DNA of 63,992 bases, filler included, from Circinaria calcarea (lineage: Eukaryota), in NCBI GenBank assembly GCA_051942165.1. It is 6 parts of 6 records of this genome, joined end to end, with 100 filler letters (N's around TTAATTAATTAA, not from the genome) between each part and the next. Parts side by side here need not be neighbours in the genome. Positions count along the whole stretch, not along the records: positions 32,440 to 43,137 come from JAVECS010000772.1; positions 43,238 to 53,931 come from JAVECS010000773.1; 4 more parts are not named here. The stretch is one strand, 5' to 3'. This document shows, piece by piece, positions 39,201-50,900 of the stretch. Position numbers and translations under genes: made by a program. The first letter of the stretch is position 1, and each line of letters opens with the position of its first letter. Under the pieces are notes generated by a model that ran no database searches, was not told the DNA's origin, and saw only the letters and a program-made list of their open reading frames with translations.

Positions 39201-40108
39201 AAGATGGACAGACTGCTTTACACCGCGGATGCCGCGGTGGTCACCCCGAAACTGTCAAAGTGCTGATAGAAAAGGGAGCAGACCGGCTTATTAATGACAA
39301 ATATGGCCGCATAGCTTTGCATAGAGCAGCGAAAGGGGGAAACCTGTTTATTATACAGATGCTTCTCGACGTCCCCAAAGAGCTTCAACTGCACCAGCTG
39401 ACAACCCTCGACATAGATGCCTCAACAACTTACGATGTTGCGGTCTCTGCCGGTCAGTTTGAAAGCGCCATATATCTGTCACAGGCGCACTCACGAACAG
39501 AGGGACATGACTTAAAGGATACTACCAACGAGCTTATTCTGGCAATTGAAATGGGGAACGAAACCGAGGTTAACTTTCTGATCGCCCAGGGTGTAGATAT
39601 CAACCACCCAGTCAGGGATGGGTTTACCCCTTTACATCGCGCCCTCCAACTAGATAGAGATCGAATCGCCTTGCTTCTGGTAGAGAGTGGTGCTGATGTT
39701 GAAGCCAGCGGACCACAGGGATGGAACCCAATACTCATTGCTGCAAGAAGAGGCAACTTAATATCTACTAAAACATGTCTCGAGAGGGGAGCTAATGTAA
39801 TGGCTCGTACCAACAACAACTCGACGCTGCTTCATAAAGCATGCCGGAGTGGCAGTGTCGAGGTTGTCAAGCTTTTACTAGAGGCAGGGGCACAGCTCGA
39901 AGCTCGTAATGATTGGGGCTCTAAACCACTTCGTGAGGCTGCTGCCGGTGGTCACGAAGCGGTGGTTCGATTACTGCTTGAAAATGATGTGAAATTGAAG
40001 GCAACAGCCTTCGACGATTCCATCCAAGCCTGTGCAGCGAGAGCGGGACACCATGATCTAGTTGAGTTTATCAGGGGGTGTACAAAGGAGGAAGAATATT
40101 ATCGATAG
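36278..40108 (+). CDS. Fungal NLR-like STAND protein: HeLo-like/SesA-type N-terminus + NACHT-type NTPase + ankyrin repeats
   Basis: MDGLSVASGVVGLLSL...RLAWPF N-terminus, ILDWLSP, Walker A LGAPGVGKT, AYYYCDYRE, Walker B FVAVDALDE, FVTSRP, GMFLL, RFVHYTFQDYL, then more than 10 TPLH-type ankyrin repeats. Introns 36697-36749, 36992-37051 (GC-AG), 37254-37300 and 37865-37920. Confidence 0.92.
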
Positions 40109-40616
40109 GAAGATTTAACCTAGCATACAACGTCCGCTTGAGCCACAGACACCTTGGTAACTGGAAGCTATTCACATGGCGATACTCGTGCAACCAATAA
40201 ATGTCTCTCCCAGGAAGCCAGACAGAAGTAAGGAGATATGAGATTCAAAACAGAGTAGATGCAGCAGGCGGAAAAGAGGTGGCGAAGCACAATCTTTCTT
40301 ATCTGTTACTGGAACGGATGCCGGTAGGGAGACTACGAAAGTATTAGGATTGGAATCGAACAGATTCCCCCCCCCCCACAAAACCAATTCACTTTCAAAG
40401 GGATTTTCGACTGAAGATATATATCGAATCAACGCGGCTACCGACGGAGAACTTATACTTGCCAGCCCAGACGGCCCTTGTTCTTCACGTTTTCCGAGTT
40501 CAAAATCCAACAAAGGAGGGTGATATACATCCATCATAGATTACGGGAAGAGATAGCCCTAACCTCTATGCTTTCAAGAGCATCTATCTTACAAGAAATG
40601 AACTAGACCATTCTAG

Positions 40617-42518
40617 CTATTTCGCAACCGGGGACCGGCAACTAAACGACGGCGGAGACCCAGCCGCATACGCGTCGATGATTCCAATCACGGCCGAGTA
40701 GATACCTAAGATAGCCGTCGCGGCCGAACCGAGGAAGAAGACGACGTGGAAAGTATTGAGCGGCCAGCTTTTCATGTACCCGCGCCGCCAGCGCCGGAAG
40801 CCCGTGTCGAGACGTACTGTTCGCCCAGTCGAGGCATCGAAGCCCTCCCCTTGCACCATCGCATCCTTTTTGATTCGGTAGCCGAGCATCAGGAAGGGCG
40901 GGAAGGTGTAGGAGAACTGTAGGATGCAGGCCGCTGCGATGAGACCGGCCAGATTACTGACTTGCGGGATCGCGGCTGCAACCACGAATGCAGTTCCCCA
41001 GTATACAGGCACGACACCGCACCACAAGTACTTTCCCTTGGTGGTGGTCAAGGAAGGAAACTTGAGGAGGTCCATGAGGACGTTGCTGTAGATGACCTTG
41101 ATGCCGATATTGCCGTACAATAAAGCAGCGATGAGCCCCGAAACCAGTCCAATCGAGTTGGCAGCCGTTTGCCAGCCATACGACGAAATGCCTTGATAGG
41201 CCACGATGACGGTAAACTGGCCCTGGTAGGAATATACAAAAAGGCCGAAAAGAAGATAGAAGAAGAAAATGAAAGTCTGAGCGCAAAGCATGCCCTTCCA
41301 AAAGTCCCATGGTCTCTTCATCTCGGCCATGAACTCGACGAATAGCATGGCGCCACCATAAGAATAGACGGCTTGCATGAGACCAACGATCTGACCAGAG
41401 AAGTCGATACCCGGCGGTGGCCCTGACGTGGTTTGAACGGGACCCGGTGTTACAAAATTGCTGGCGATTCCGGCCTCATAATTTGGCGGGCTGTGTGCAA
41501 CGATACCCATGGTGAAGAAGATGACAAACAGGTTCATCCAGATTGCTGCATTGGCCAGCCAGCCGAGCCTCTGCAGTGTTCGGATTTGACCAAGAATCAT
41601 CCCGGCGATCGCCCAGACGAAGCAGAGGATAATGAAACAGACGGAGTTTTTGGAGATCTGCGAAAGACTTTGGCCATTCGCTATAATGATGATACCGACG
41701 TTGAAGAGCAACTGTATCGATTGGATGACGTTTATACTATGACGCGCGATCGTCCCGTATACACGAAAGGCAATGTCGCCGTAGCTCTTGAGAGGATAGC
41801 GATCGGAGTCCAGGCCTAAGAACATTCGCCAGAGGAGGAAACCGCCACTGCAGAATCATTAGCCAGGAACAAACCTCCTGAGATGGCGGTACTTACTATC
41901 CAGCAAAGGCTCCGAAAATCGTGTACAGAACGGTTGCTGGGCCGTATCCCAAACGATAAAAAGCCCACCTTGGTAGGTTAGAATCAGGTTCAACCAACGG
42001 ATGTCTCGTCGATTATACCGGAATACTTACGGCGTAGAGAAGGGTCCGAGAATGTCGGTAGTGATGAGATAGAAGACAGCGCCCCAGGTAGCATTGCGAG
42101 CCGCGCGTGAAGCGGTTATATATTCATCGTCTGATACAGTGCTGTATGCCGGTGCTCCTCCCTGAGGTGGTGTATCCCCTCCGAATGCCTTCTCGTCCTT
42201 GACTGGACCCTCTGCTCTTTTCTCGTCGCCGGTTATTCCTTGACCATGCGTCTCGTTTGTCGCCGCAGGGTAGTCGATAACGGTTTTGCGCTTGAACAAA
42301 TTGTACGACCGCTCTCGGTCTTCATATCGAGTGTCGGCGCGGGAAATCTTGGCAAAATGCACGTACTCTTCAAAGGTGACATTGGGATCGTGCAAACCCC
42401 CCTGGACGGAGGAATGTGCCGGGGCCAAGTCGACGCCGTGGCCCAGTCCAGCCGGCGAGTCTTCTCCTCGAGGGTCCCCGCCATCGAGCGCAAGGGTTCC
42501 AACCGCTCCGCTAGCCAT
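40617..42518 (-). CDS. Amino acid/auxin permease (Aa_trans) family transporter, Mtr-like
   Basis: ATWGAVFYLITTDILGPFSTP, SYGDIAFRVYG, QIRTLQRLGWLAN, AVYSYGGAMLFVEFMAEMKRPWDFWKG, LYGNIGIK. About 11 hydrophobic helices and two introns. Confidence 0.9.
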
Positions 42519-43034
42519 TCTTCAAACTGCCCGTGTCCGGGTATGGGTATCCGGTTGCGAAATCTCAGACAGAAGGTTCACTCGAGGGACTAACTAGGAC
42601 GACAGACAAGAAGAAACAAAATCCACGAGGAGGCATTTCGGAAAGATATATAAAGTGATTGTCTGCCCTCCCCCCTTTCTGTTGAGGGAGCGTCCCCTAC
42701 CGCTTCCCTTGAGTCCCCCCCGGGTCCCCGTCCTCTTTTCGCAATTCTCCATATCAAGGGAATATCTAGTGTAAGTGTAGTTGTATCTGAGTGGAGGATG
42801 GGGGTACGGAGTTAGCTCCCACCCCGCAGCAGTAGCCCTTATCTATCCATTAGACATCACCCCCATGCAAGACTTGCAAAGGGCTTACAAGCAAAGGCTG
42901 AGCAGAGCCGAGCCGACCTGCCTCTCCTGGACCTTTCTCCTCCCCCGGGCGCGAATTTTCGTTGTCAATCATGAACTCCGTAGATAATGAGAGATAATGA
43001 GAGATACGGTATGCTTACCCCGTAGAACTTTCCA

Positions 43035-43097
43035 CCCAATCCCAATCCCAATCCCAATCCCAATCCCAATCCCTGTCCGGTCCGGTTCGGTCCGGTT
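43035..43097. repeat. Microsatellites (CCCAAT)n and (CCGGT)n
   Basis: About 6 CCCAAT units followed by about 4 CCGGT-like units near the contig end. Confidence 0.85.
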
Positions 43098-43137
43098 GCC
43101 GTGCGCGCCTCTCTCTCTGACTCTTGCTCCCTAACCC

Positions 43138-43237
43138 NNNNNNNNNNNNNNNNNNNNNNNNNNNNNNNNNNNNNNNNNNNNTTAATTAATTAANNNNNNN
43201 NNNNNNNNNNNNNNNNNNNNNNNNNNNNNNNNNNNNN
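43138..43237. other. Artificial contig linker
   Basis: Same linker. Confidence 0.99.
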
Positions 43238-44533
43238 ATCACCATTTTTGCCCCGAGCAACGATGCTTTCGCAAAGTTGCCCTATCAGGTGCTAGGTCCC
43301 GCGTTTGCGACAAACAATAGCGATGCAATCCACGAGTTCCTCCAGTATCACGTATTACCGAATGTCTACCCTTCAGACTTCTTCAATGGGACCTTTAAGT
43401 TCCTGCCCACGTTTCTGCGCGACCAACGGTATGAAAATGTCACAGGGGGGCAAGTGATTGCAGGCGTGCAGCAAGCAGGCAAAGTCTGGGTTGCGGTCAG
43501 CGGACTGGGTTCCAGGGCGACCCTTAGCAATCTAGTAAGTGACTCGCATATACAATTCCCGACTACTCCGCCATTGACCTTTTTGGGATAGGATCTCCGC
43601 TTCCAAAACGGTGTCCTCCACATCATCGATACTTTCTTCATTCCTCCCCTCCCGTTTACCGCTTCAGCTCGGCAATTCAATCTCTCGTCTTCCCTCGGCG
43701 CCGTACTCTCCGCCGGCCTTGCCTCAACCGTTGACGAAACCCCTGACCTGACAATCTTTGCCCCAAACAATGTTGCTCTTCAGAACCTTGGCTCCACGCT
43801 CTCTTCCTACTCTGTCGAGGACCTTTCAAGGCTCCTAAGATACCATATGGTCAGCGGCATAAAGATGGTCGGCGCGGCTACTAGCGGTACCAGGGCAAAC
43901 AGCTCAGGAACAAATAGCACAGCAGCTTCCGCTGAAGGATCCGTCCACTACTCCTCCAACCTCCCCTCCGCCTACCTTTACCCCAATGGCACAACCCTCA
44001 CGTCCCTCGAAGGCTCCTCCCTCCACCTCACCTTTTCCCCCAACAGCATTTTCGTCAACTCGGCCCGAATCATCCAGCAAGACCTCCTCCTGTCCAATGG
44101 CGTCCTCCACGTCATCGACAACGTCCTAAACTACAACCTCACGTCCGCCACTCCCATCCCAACTCAAGCGACTCAGATCCCCGTTGTTACCGGGTCGAGT
44201 ATAGAGGGGAATGTATTGCCGTTTACGACTGCGCTACCGAACAGCACAAGCATCTTGTTTAGTGCTGTCCCAACGACTGGTACGATTGCCAACGGAGGAA
44301 GCACGGCGACTGGTACGATTGCCAACGGAGAGAGCACAGCGACGGGTACGATTGCCAACGGAGGGAGCACGGCGACTGCGACGGAGAACACGACGTCGAG
44401 TAGTACAGCCGCGGCGTATACGAGTGTGATTGCCAAGGATGGGGAAAATGGCGCAGTAAGGGTGAAGGGCTTGGGGTTCGCAAAGTTGTTAGTTGCGGGT
44501 GGATTTACTTTGGGGCTATTTGGGGTCTTGTAA
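43238..44533 (+). CDS. Fasciclin (FAS1) domain cell-surface protein, 5'-truncated at contig edge, probable GPI signal
   Basis: Two FAS1 repeats: ITIFAPSNDAF...LQYHV...NGVLHIID and LTIFAPNN...LLRYHM...NGVLHVIDNVL. Intron 43535-43591. Ser/Thr-rich tail and hydrophobic C-terminus. Confidence 0.88.
44276..44374 (+). repeat. Coding 33-nt tandem repeat x3 (TGTIANG[G/E]STA)
   Basis: Three near-identical 33-nt units in the fasciclin stalk. Confidence 0.9.
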
Positions 44534-45372
44534 GGTGGAGGGGACTTTTGCAATGTGTATCTGTTATAAGTTGGTGGGGGGTGCGTGGCGATTGTTTCAC
44601 CCCAAGGGGGAGGGAGGTTCGTTTTGCCGAATCCCCTCAATAGGATCTCAAGAGGCTATGATACCAAGATCTCTCTTTGCTAGATCTAGCATGTAAGGAT
44701 AATCGCACTTGTAGTACTCTGTCTGTAAGAGTAGCTCTAATGTCTAATCCATCTCCTCGATACCAATGGAATTGCATCGGTCAAATGCTAATAGGTTGGC
44801 ATGCGCGCTAGATATCTCTGCTACCATAACCGGTCCAAACTTGTTGCGATAGGGTGGTTTTGCTTTGTTTCCTGGGTACATGACATGTGATAACCAGGTC
44901 CGGGACTCGGCTGACTTTGACATTCATTTATTATCATTTTTTCTCATCTCTGAGATGAACGAGAATACGTAGGGGATACTTTTGCCAGAACGAGATACTG
45001 ATATACAAAACGTACACACAAAAAGGCTCAGCCGACGAAAATCTATTCCCATCAATGCCTTCTCTTCGGTAGTAAACAAAACCTACTACCTTACCTTAAC
45101 GCCTCCTTTTCTGTTGTGCTGAGTTCTACTTAGTCAATCCTGCAAGACAGGTTTCGGAGTAGCTAGGGCAATATTATGGTATTAATCTTACACTAGAAAT
45201 AATATGATTCTCCTTTCTATAAGGTGATGAATGCCGAGTTTCTATTTTGGGTTATATGGACCATTCTCAACACCTCTAGATAGATCCCTTTGACGGCCGC
45301 AATATAAAATACACTCCTCCACGTGAGATCTAGGTCGGTCAAAACCGGTATGACTTCACAATCCACACATCT

Positions 45373-47292
45373 CTAAATCAAGGCCTGCCCCATAAACATC
45401 CCCTGCCTAACCTCCCTCACCACATCCTTCCGATCGCCCTTCCCCACCAGCACGATCCCCCTCCCTCTCCTGCCCATCCGCCCCGTCCTGCCGAGTCGAT
45501 GGATGAAATCAATGGTCGAGTGCGGCACATCATACAGGATAACATGCCTGACAGCTAGGGTATCGATACCACGAGAGCCTAGATCCGTCGTAACAAGGAC
45601 CTTGGTATTGGGGAGACTGCGGCGGGGCGGCGGAGTATTGTTTTGAGGGGAAGAAACTGCGGGTATGTAGTTTGGTCCCGATGGACGGTAGGCGGGGGAA
45701 GGAGGGCTTGGAGTGGACGGGACGGAAACGGTCTCAGGGGTAGCGGAAGTGAAGGAGGCGAGGAGTTCGGATTGGCGTTGCTCCGGTGTGTCACGGTTTA
45801 GTGCAATGGCGTCGATACCTTTGGACCGCAGGTACTCTGCTACTTCGGTCGTTTTTTCGCGTTCGTTGACGAATACGAGGATGCGCTTGATATCCATACG
45901 ATCGGTCTCTATTGAGCCAGAGTGCGAAAGCACGTGCTCTGCTGCCGCTTTGCCTATAGACCAGATGGTATCTGCACAGGCAAGAGTCTTGTTGTTGCGG
46001 TAAGGATCTTTTTCGACGTCTACGACACCAAGCTGAACGCGTCGCGGAATAGCATGGAGATTTGGTGTGACGAGACGACGCATGTCAGGAAAGCGCTTGT
46101 AAAGATAGGAGTCCAGAGAACGTGGGATGGTAGCAGAGCACAGTATGAGTTTTTTTAGGGAAGGCGTGGCGCGATCGATAATGGCGGAGGTGGTGGGAGC
46201 AAAGGATCGGTCCATGAGGGAGTCGGCTTCGTCAATGACTAGATGAGAGACGCGGGAGAGGATATTGGGGTCGGATTCGGCAATGCTGGAGAGAAGGTGA
46301 GGTGTAGAGATCAAGATATCGATTCCTGAAGGGGTGAATAGTCGATTGCGGATAACGCGACCAGTGTAGGCGGAAGAGATCATGCTAGAGCGGAAGCGTA
46401 CCGTGTGAGAGAGGAGTTTTGTAAGATTGCCGACCTGGGTGACTAGTTCAGACGTGGGAAGGAGTATGACTGCTCGCGGGCGCCCAGTTGTAGGGTGTGG
46501 TTGGTTTGTCAGCGGTGGAGCTTCCACAGCGTACGGGTTGAAGATCTGGTTTTCCTGGGCTAACGCCTTTTCCTGGGCTTCTGCATCGAGATCGACTGCT
46601 TCAGCTCGCTTGATGGCATCGATGACTGGCAAGAGATAGGCCAATGTCTTCCCAGAGCCCGTTTCCGCAGCAATCAGAAATTGTTCCATTTCTTGAGTCT
46701 TTGCAGTCGATGGTTTTCGTCTATGTGATCCTGTCTCTTGCCCTAAGAACGCCGGTATAGCTATGCGCTGTATAGGAGTGGGAGTGATCTCCTCCATACC
46801 AGCAAGGGCCTGTGTAGCTATTGAGTCCTTGACAAGGGGCAGTAGTGAAAATTCGTCGAAAGTTTCGATCTCTGCAATCCTCTCCTTGACAAAGCTTCTT
46901 TGCTTGTAAGATACAGGACTTAGAGTCCTTTGCATCTTCAAAGCTTTGAACGTCTCGGGAGTTCCTCTTATTTCCCTCTGCGGCCTCTCCCTTCCCCGTG
47001 TAGATCTTTTAAGCTCCGCTTGAGAACGTCTATCAGGTTCTCGATTTATTTGCGCTGACCGCATGTTCATGCCTCCAAAAGGACTGTTGGAACTTCTCTT
47101 GATAGGCTTTCCACTCGGCGTAGTCCTCTCAACCGGCCTCGAGACTTTGGGGGATAGGGCCATCCTTGACGGAGGCCGGCGTTGGACTTGCGCAAAGCGT
47201 CGTATTTGCTGCCATGTTGAGCTTTGTAGTCTCGCACTGACTAGAATCGAGGATGCACGATATTGGCAAAGTAGACATATTGAGTTTGCCAT
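45373..47292 (-). CDS. MRH4: Mitochondrial DEAD-box RNA helicase
   Basis: Intronless, with an Arg-rich presequence. Motifs PTPIQ, AETGSGKT, PTSEL, IDEAD, CSATIP, TDLGSRGID, HRLGRTGRMG. Ends MFMGQALI as in fungal Mrh4. Confidence 0.88.
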   Translation of the reverse strand: MANSICLLCQYRASSILVSARLQSSTWQQIRRFAQVQRRPPSRMALSPKVSRPVERTTPSGKPIKRSSNSPFGGMNMRSAQINREPDRRSQAELKRSTRGRERPQREIRGTPETFKALKMQRTLSPVSYKQRSFVKERIAEIETFDEFSLLPLVKDSIATQALAGMEEITPTPIQRIAIPAFLGQETGSHRRKPSTAKTQEMEQFLIAAETGSGKTLAYLLPVIDAIKRAEAVDLDAEAQEKALAQENQIFNPYAVEAPPLTNQPHPTTGRPRAVILLPTSELVTQVGNLTKLLSHTVRFRSSMISSAYTGRVIRNRLFTPSGIDILISTPHLLSSIAESDPNILSRVSHLVIDEADSLMDRSFAPTTSAIIDRATPSLKKLILCSATIPRSLDSYLYKRFPDMRRLVTPNLHAIPRRVQLGVVDVEKDPYRNNKTLACADTIWSIGKAAAEHVLSHSGSIETDRMDIKRILVFVNEREKTTEVAEYLRSKGIDAIALNRDTPEQRQSELLASFTSATPETVSVPSTPSPPSPAYRPSGPNYIPAVSSPQNNTPPPRRSLPNTKVLVTTDLGSRGIDTLAVRHVILYDVPHSTIDFIHRLGRTGRMGRRGRGIVLVGKGDRKDVVREVRQGMFMGQALI

Positions 47293-47934
47293 CAAATGAT
47301 CACATAGGCCTTCTCCTATCTCCCTGGAGGCTCGCGGTCAAACTTTGGAGGACTGTAATTTTTTGTAGCCTGGATGGTCCGTGCTCTGCGCCTTACGGAG
47401 GTACCCATGAGACTCGCGACCCTTGGGACTACCTAAATCGAAGAAAAGTACATACAGACCTGTAATTCTAGCAACATACAAGCCAGAACCTCTACTGCAA
47501 ACTTAGAACTAAATATTCACAGAAGTCTCTTCATGCTGACCTACCGGGTTGCTTGCGTGTGGCCGGCTTTTGGGTTCGCGCTAGGGTTGCTGTGGAAACA
47601 GCGAAACAAAAAATAGAACACTAAGTACGCGATTCTACCTACTCTTGTTGTGGGCCCCGCCTTCTTTTCTCCATGCTTCAAGCTCAAGCACACTGCTATC
47701 CCTCATTCGCATTGCTTGGTCCCTAGGTTTTAGGACTGACATTCGTTTGCAGCTTCTATTCATTGTTGGATTGAGTTCAATTAATATTGAAAGGGCTGAT
47801 GATTTGATATTGCGAGAGCATTCCTGCCATCTCATCGTGCATTCTTCAATAGGTATCTAGCGTCCACCACTCAGGACTACAGAGCAGTGCTCTAGAAACG
47901 GATCTAGGCCACTGTCAAAAGACCCTGCTTTACC

Positions 47935-50900
47935 ATGTCTCAAGCAGTACGTATCACCGCCTAAACGCCAAGGTTACGCAACCCACAACACTGACAATTG
48001 TATAGATTCAGCCACTCCGCATACAAAAAGGCACCCCGTCCTCTTCACCAACTAAGATGAATGGCGCTGCTATTCAGAGACCACTTGGCGAGCTTGGCCT
48101 CACCGAGCGCAGGCGCAATTCACCAAGCTACAATCAGAGTAACAAGGTAAAGGAAGCTGATGATACTTCGAGTCGCCTACTGACATGAGAGCAGCAGGCA
48201 ATGTTTGGTGGCGATTCCTCCCCATTTGACTCCTCGCCTTTCGCGTCGAACTCTCCACGCTTGTACTGGCAAAACCGCGATTCTGCATCTCCAACTCGCC
48301 TGAGCGCCGAAAACCAAAACATATTTGGGCAACGAGATTCCTCTCCATCGCCTGCTAAGCGATCTTCGCTTGAAAACCTAAAGCGCGCCTCTAGGGTGAA
48401 GAACAGCAACATGTTTGCGCGAGAGCAGAACCAAGAGTATGACCCTACGACAAGTCCACTGATAGAACGACCCTTAGCTACCGGGAGACCTCTTAGTTCC
48501 CAGGTGCAAGGCAACACTTATAGTGCTAGGGGCTTCGACAGCGGTCGTAACGATAAATCGCAGGACAAGACCAAATTCCCTATTTATAGCCCATTGAAAT
48601 TTGTCAACCAGACGGATGGGTTTGCTGAGCCACAAAAATCCCCAACTCGTGGTCAAGCATCCCCTGCCAAATCGTCACTCTCGAAGAATAGTCGGTATGC
48701 ACAGGCGCAAGTCTTCGATCCGGAAAACGGTATGTGGTCTGATGACGAAGACTCAATTGCAGAACGTCAATTGCCACCTGGAAAATCACTACATAGCCAT
48801 GCGAAGAGCGTGACGTTCGACGCTGCTCCTCCACAAATCAACGAATACGAAATGACTACCCCCGTTCCATCTTCAGTAGCCTCTGGGTCGCGCGAAGGCA
48901 GCTACGAATCTGCGATTGAAGAGGAGGAGAGCTTTGACCGCGGCTCCTCCATTGACCACGACGATAGTTTTGACGCGTCATTAGAAGATACCGATAAGAC
49001 CCCGGTGGTCCTGCCGGAAGACTGGCGGTTCATGAGCCCCGGCGTTGCAAACGAAGATCTAGCTGCTCACATGGAAGATCCGTTTGAAGGTGATCAAAGC
49101 AGTCCTGCACCAGCAGTAAATCCTACGTCTGCTCTTAATGCTCGCACATCACCAACAAGAACGGATTCTGTGAACTCGAGTGGCGAGCGGCGGCCTTTGC
49201 CACCACTTCCTGGTTTGAATATGCCAGCGTTTCCAAGACCTAGATCAGACTCCAACAATAGCCTCTCTGCAACTGCAACGCGCGTTAGTAGCTCTCAACG
49301 TGTGCTTCCATCGCCACCTCGTCCAGCATCGATCACCAAGTCCGAAATCCAGGGAATGGGGGGTTGCTCGATGTCAATTGAAGATCGCCTTCGTCTGATG
49401 ATGCTTCAGGATGAAGACAAGTCAAGGAGCCCTGCTGAAGAACAACGTGACAGGCGGCTACGACGAGGGGACGCGAGGGAAAAGAGTGCTGAGCCCCAGA
49501 TTGATGATGTTGCAGATGATGGGATCAAAATACATGAGGATGAAATCGAAAACGACAACGTTGCCGATCTCGGAGAATATCAATTACCACCAAGAATCTC
49601 CAGAGAATCCATCTTGCGTAAGGTCAAAAGCCAGAGCCAACATATGAAAGAGGCAGAGTACGAATATTCGTCTCCAGTGTCTAGCCCAGACAGACAAGAT
49701 GTTACTAGCCTAGATCCCGACACACCACTACCTTCACTAGAAGAGCAGCTACCTACAGCTGATACTGAAGTCAGTGTTATGATCAAGCAAGAGGAAGACG
49801 AGGAAAGTGAAGTGGATGTTTACTCGATCCCTGACATGTATCAGCATGCTGCGTTAGCAGAGTCCATGATAGGTTCCAACGTTGGCTTTGGGGGTTGTGT
49901 TTCACAGGGGAGCCGTGCTAGCAACCAAGGAGACTACGACGACGACGAGAGCCACTATTCTAATGATTCTGCAGGCGAGCAATTCGACAATCCCAAGTCG
50001 AACAGTGCAACGGAAGATGAAGGACCCCCAACACCCAAAGCTCATAGCCCAGCTGCCACGGTACATGTCCCGGAGAGCAAGACTGCCCATCGAATGTCGC
50101 TTCCTCAGTTCGCGACCATGCTTGGCGATGATGACTTTGGCTTGAGTTTCGATCAATACCTGACTCCAACGCCTCCAGTGGTAGAAGAACCGACGAAGAC
50201 CGACGTAATCGTCGAGCCCAGCCTAACTGCTCTGCCAATCGAACGCCCTATGACTCCCATAGAACAGCTTGATCCCCCGAGATTTCCAGGATATGGTATT
50301 GATAATGATGATGAACCCAAAACCCCGGACTCGGTGATCCGTCATCCGATCTCAAGAGGATCAACCCCTGAATCACCAAGTGTGCCGGAACCAATCGCAA
50401 CGATTAAAGCCCCCGGAAGCAAGCTAAAGACCCGACCATCTCTTACACCAGCAGACACTGAGGTAATGGCCGAATCACGACGCCAGATCAGTGCACAGCA
50501 CCCAGTCATCCCCCTAATATCAGAAACTAAGTCTGATACCTCTTCCCTCTCCGAAAATGGAGATAGCGTTCGGGGACGGTCTGCAAGTGAGGTTAGTTCG
50601 GAAACCGATCGCGTGAGAAGCGTGAAGAGAAAAAGTAGCTTGATCCCCCTGGAAGTCCCTGTTGAAGACCTTGACGAAGGTCTCTCGATTGGTCTAGACA
50701 AAGAGTTTGACCGAGTCATGGAGGCTCAAAAGGTGGCGTTTGCCCTTTCTTTACCATCTACTGAAACTTTCTCAAGTATCTCAGGCTCTGCAGATCATAT
50801 CGCAGGACAAAAAACTAGGGTGCCCTTGGAGAATGATGCTAATGTGACCAAACGAGTACAGAAAGGTTATCTAATGCGGCAGAATACCAAAATGGTTGTA

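Noticed and set aside
43129..43137. Telomere repeat CCCTAACCC at a contig end
   Set aside because: Only 1.5 units, and the wrong orientation for a right-hand chromosome end.
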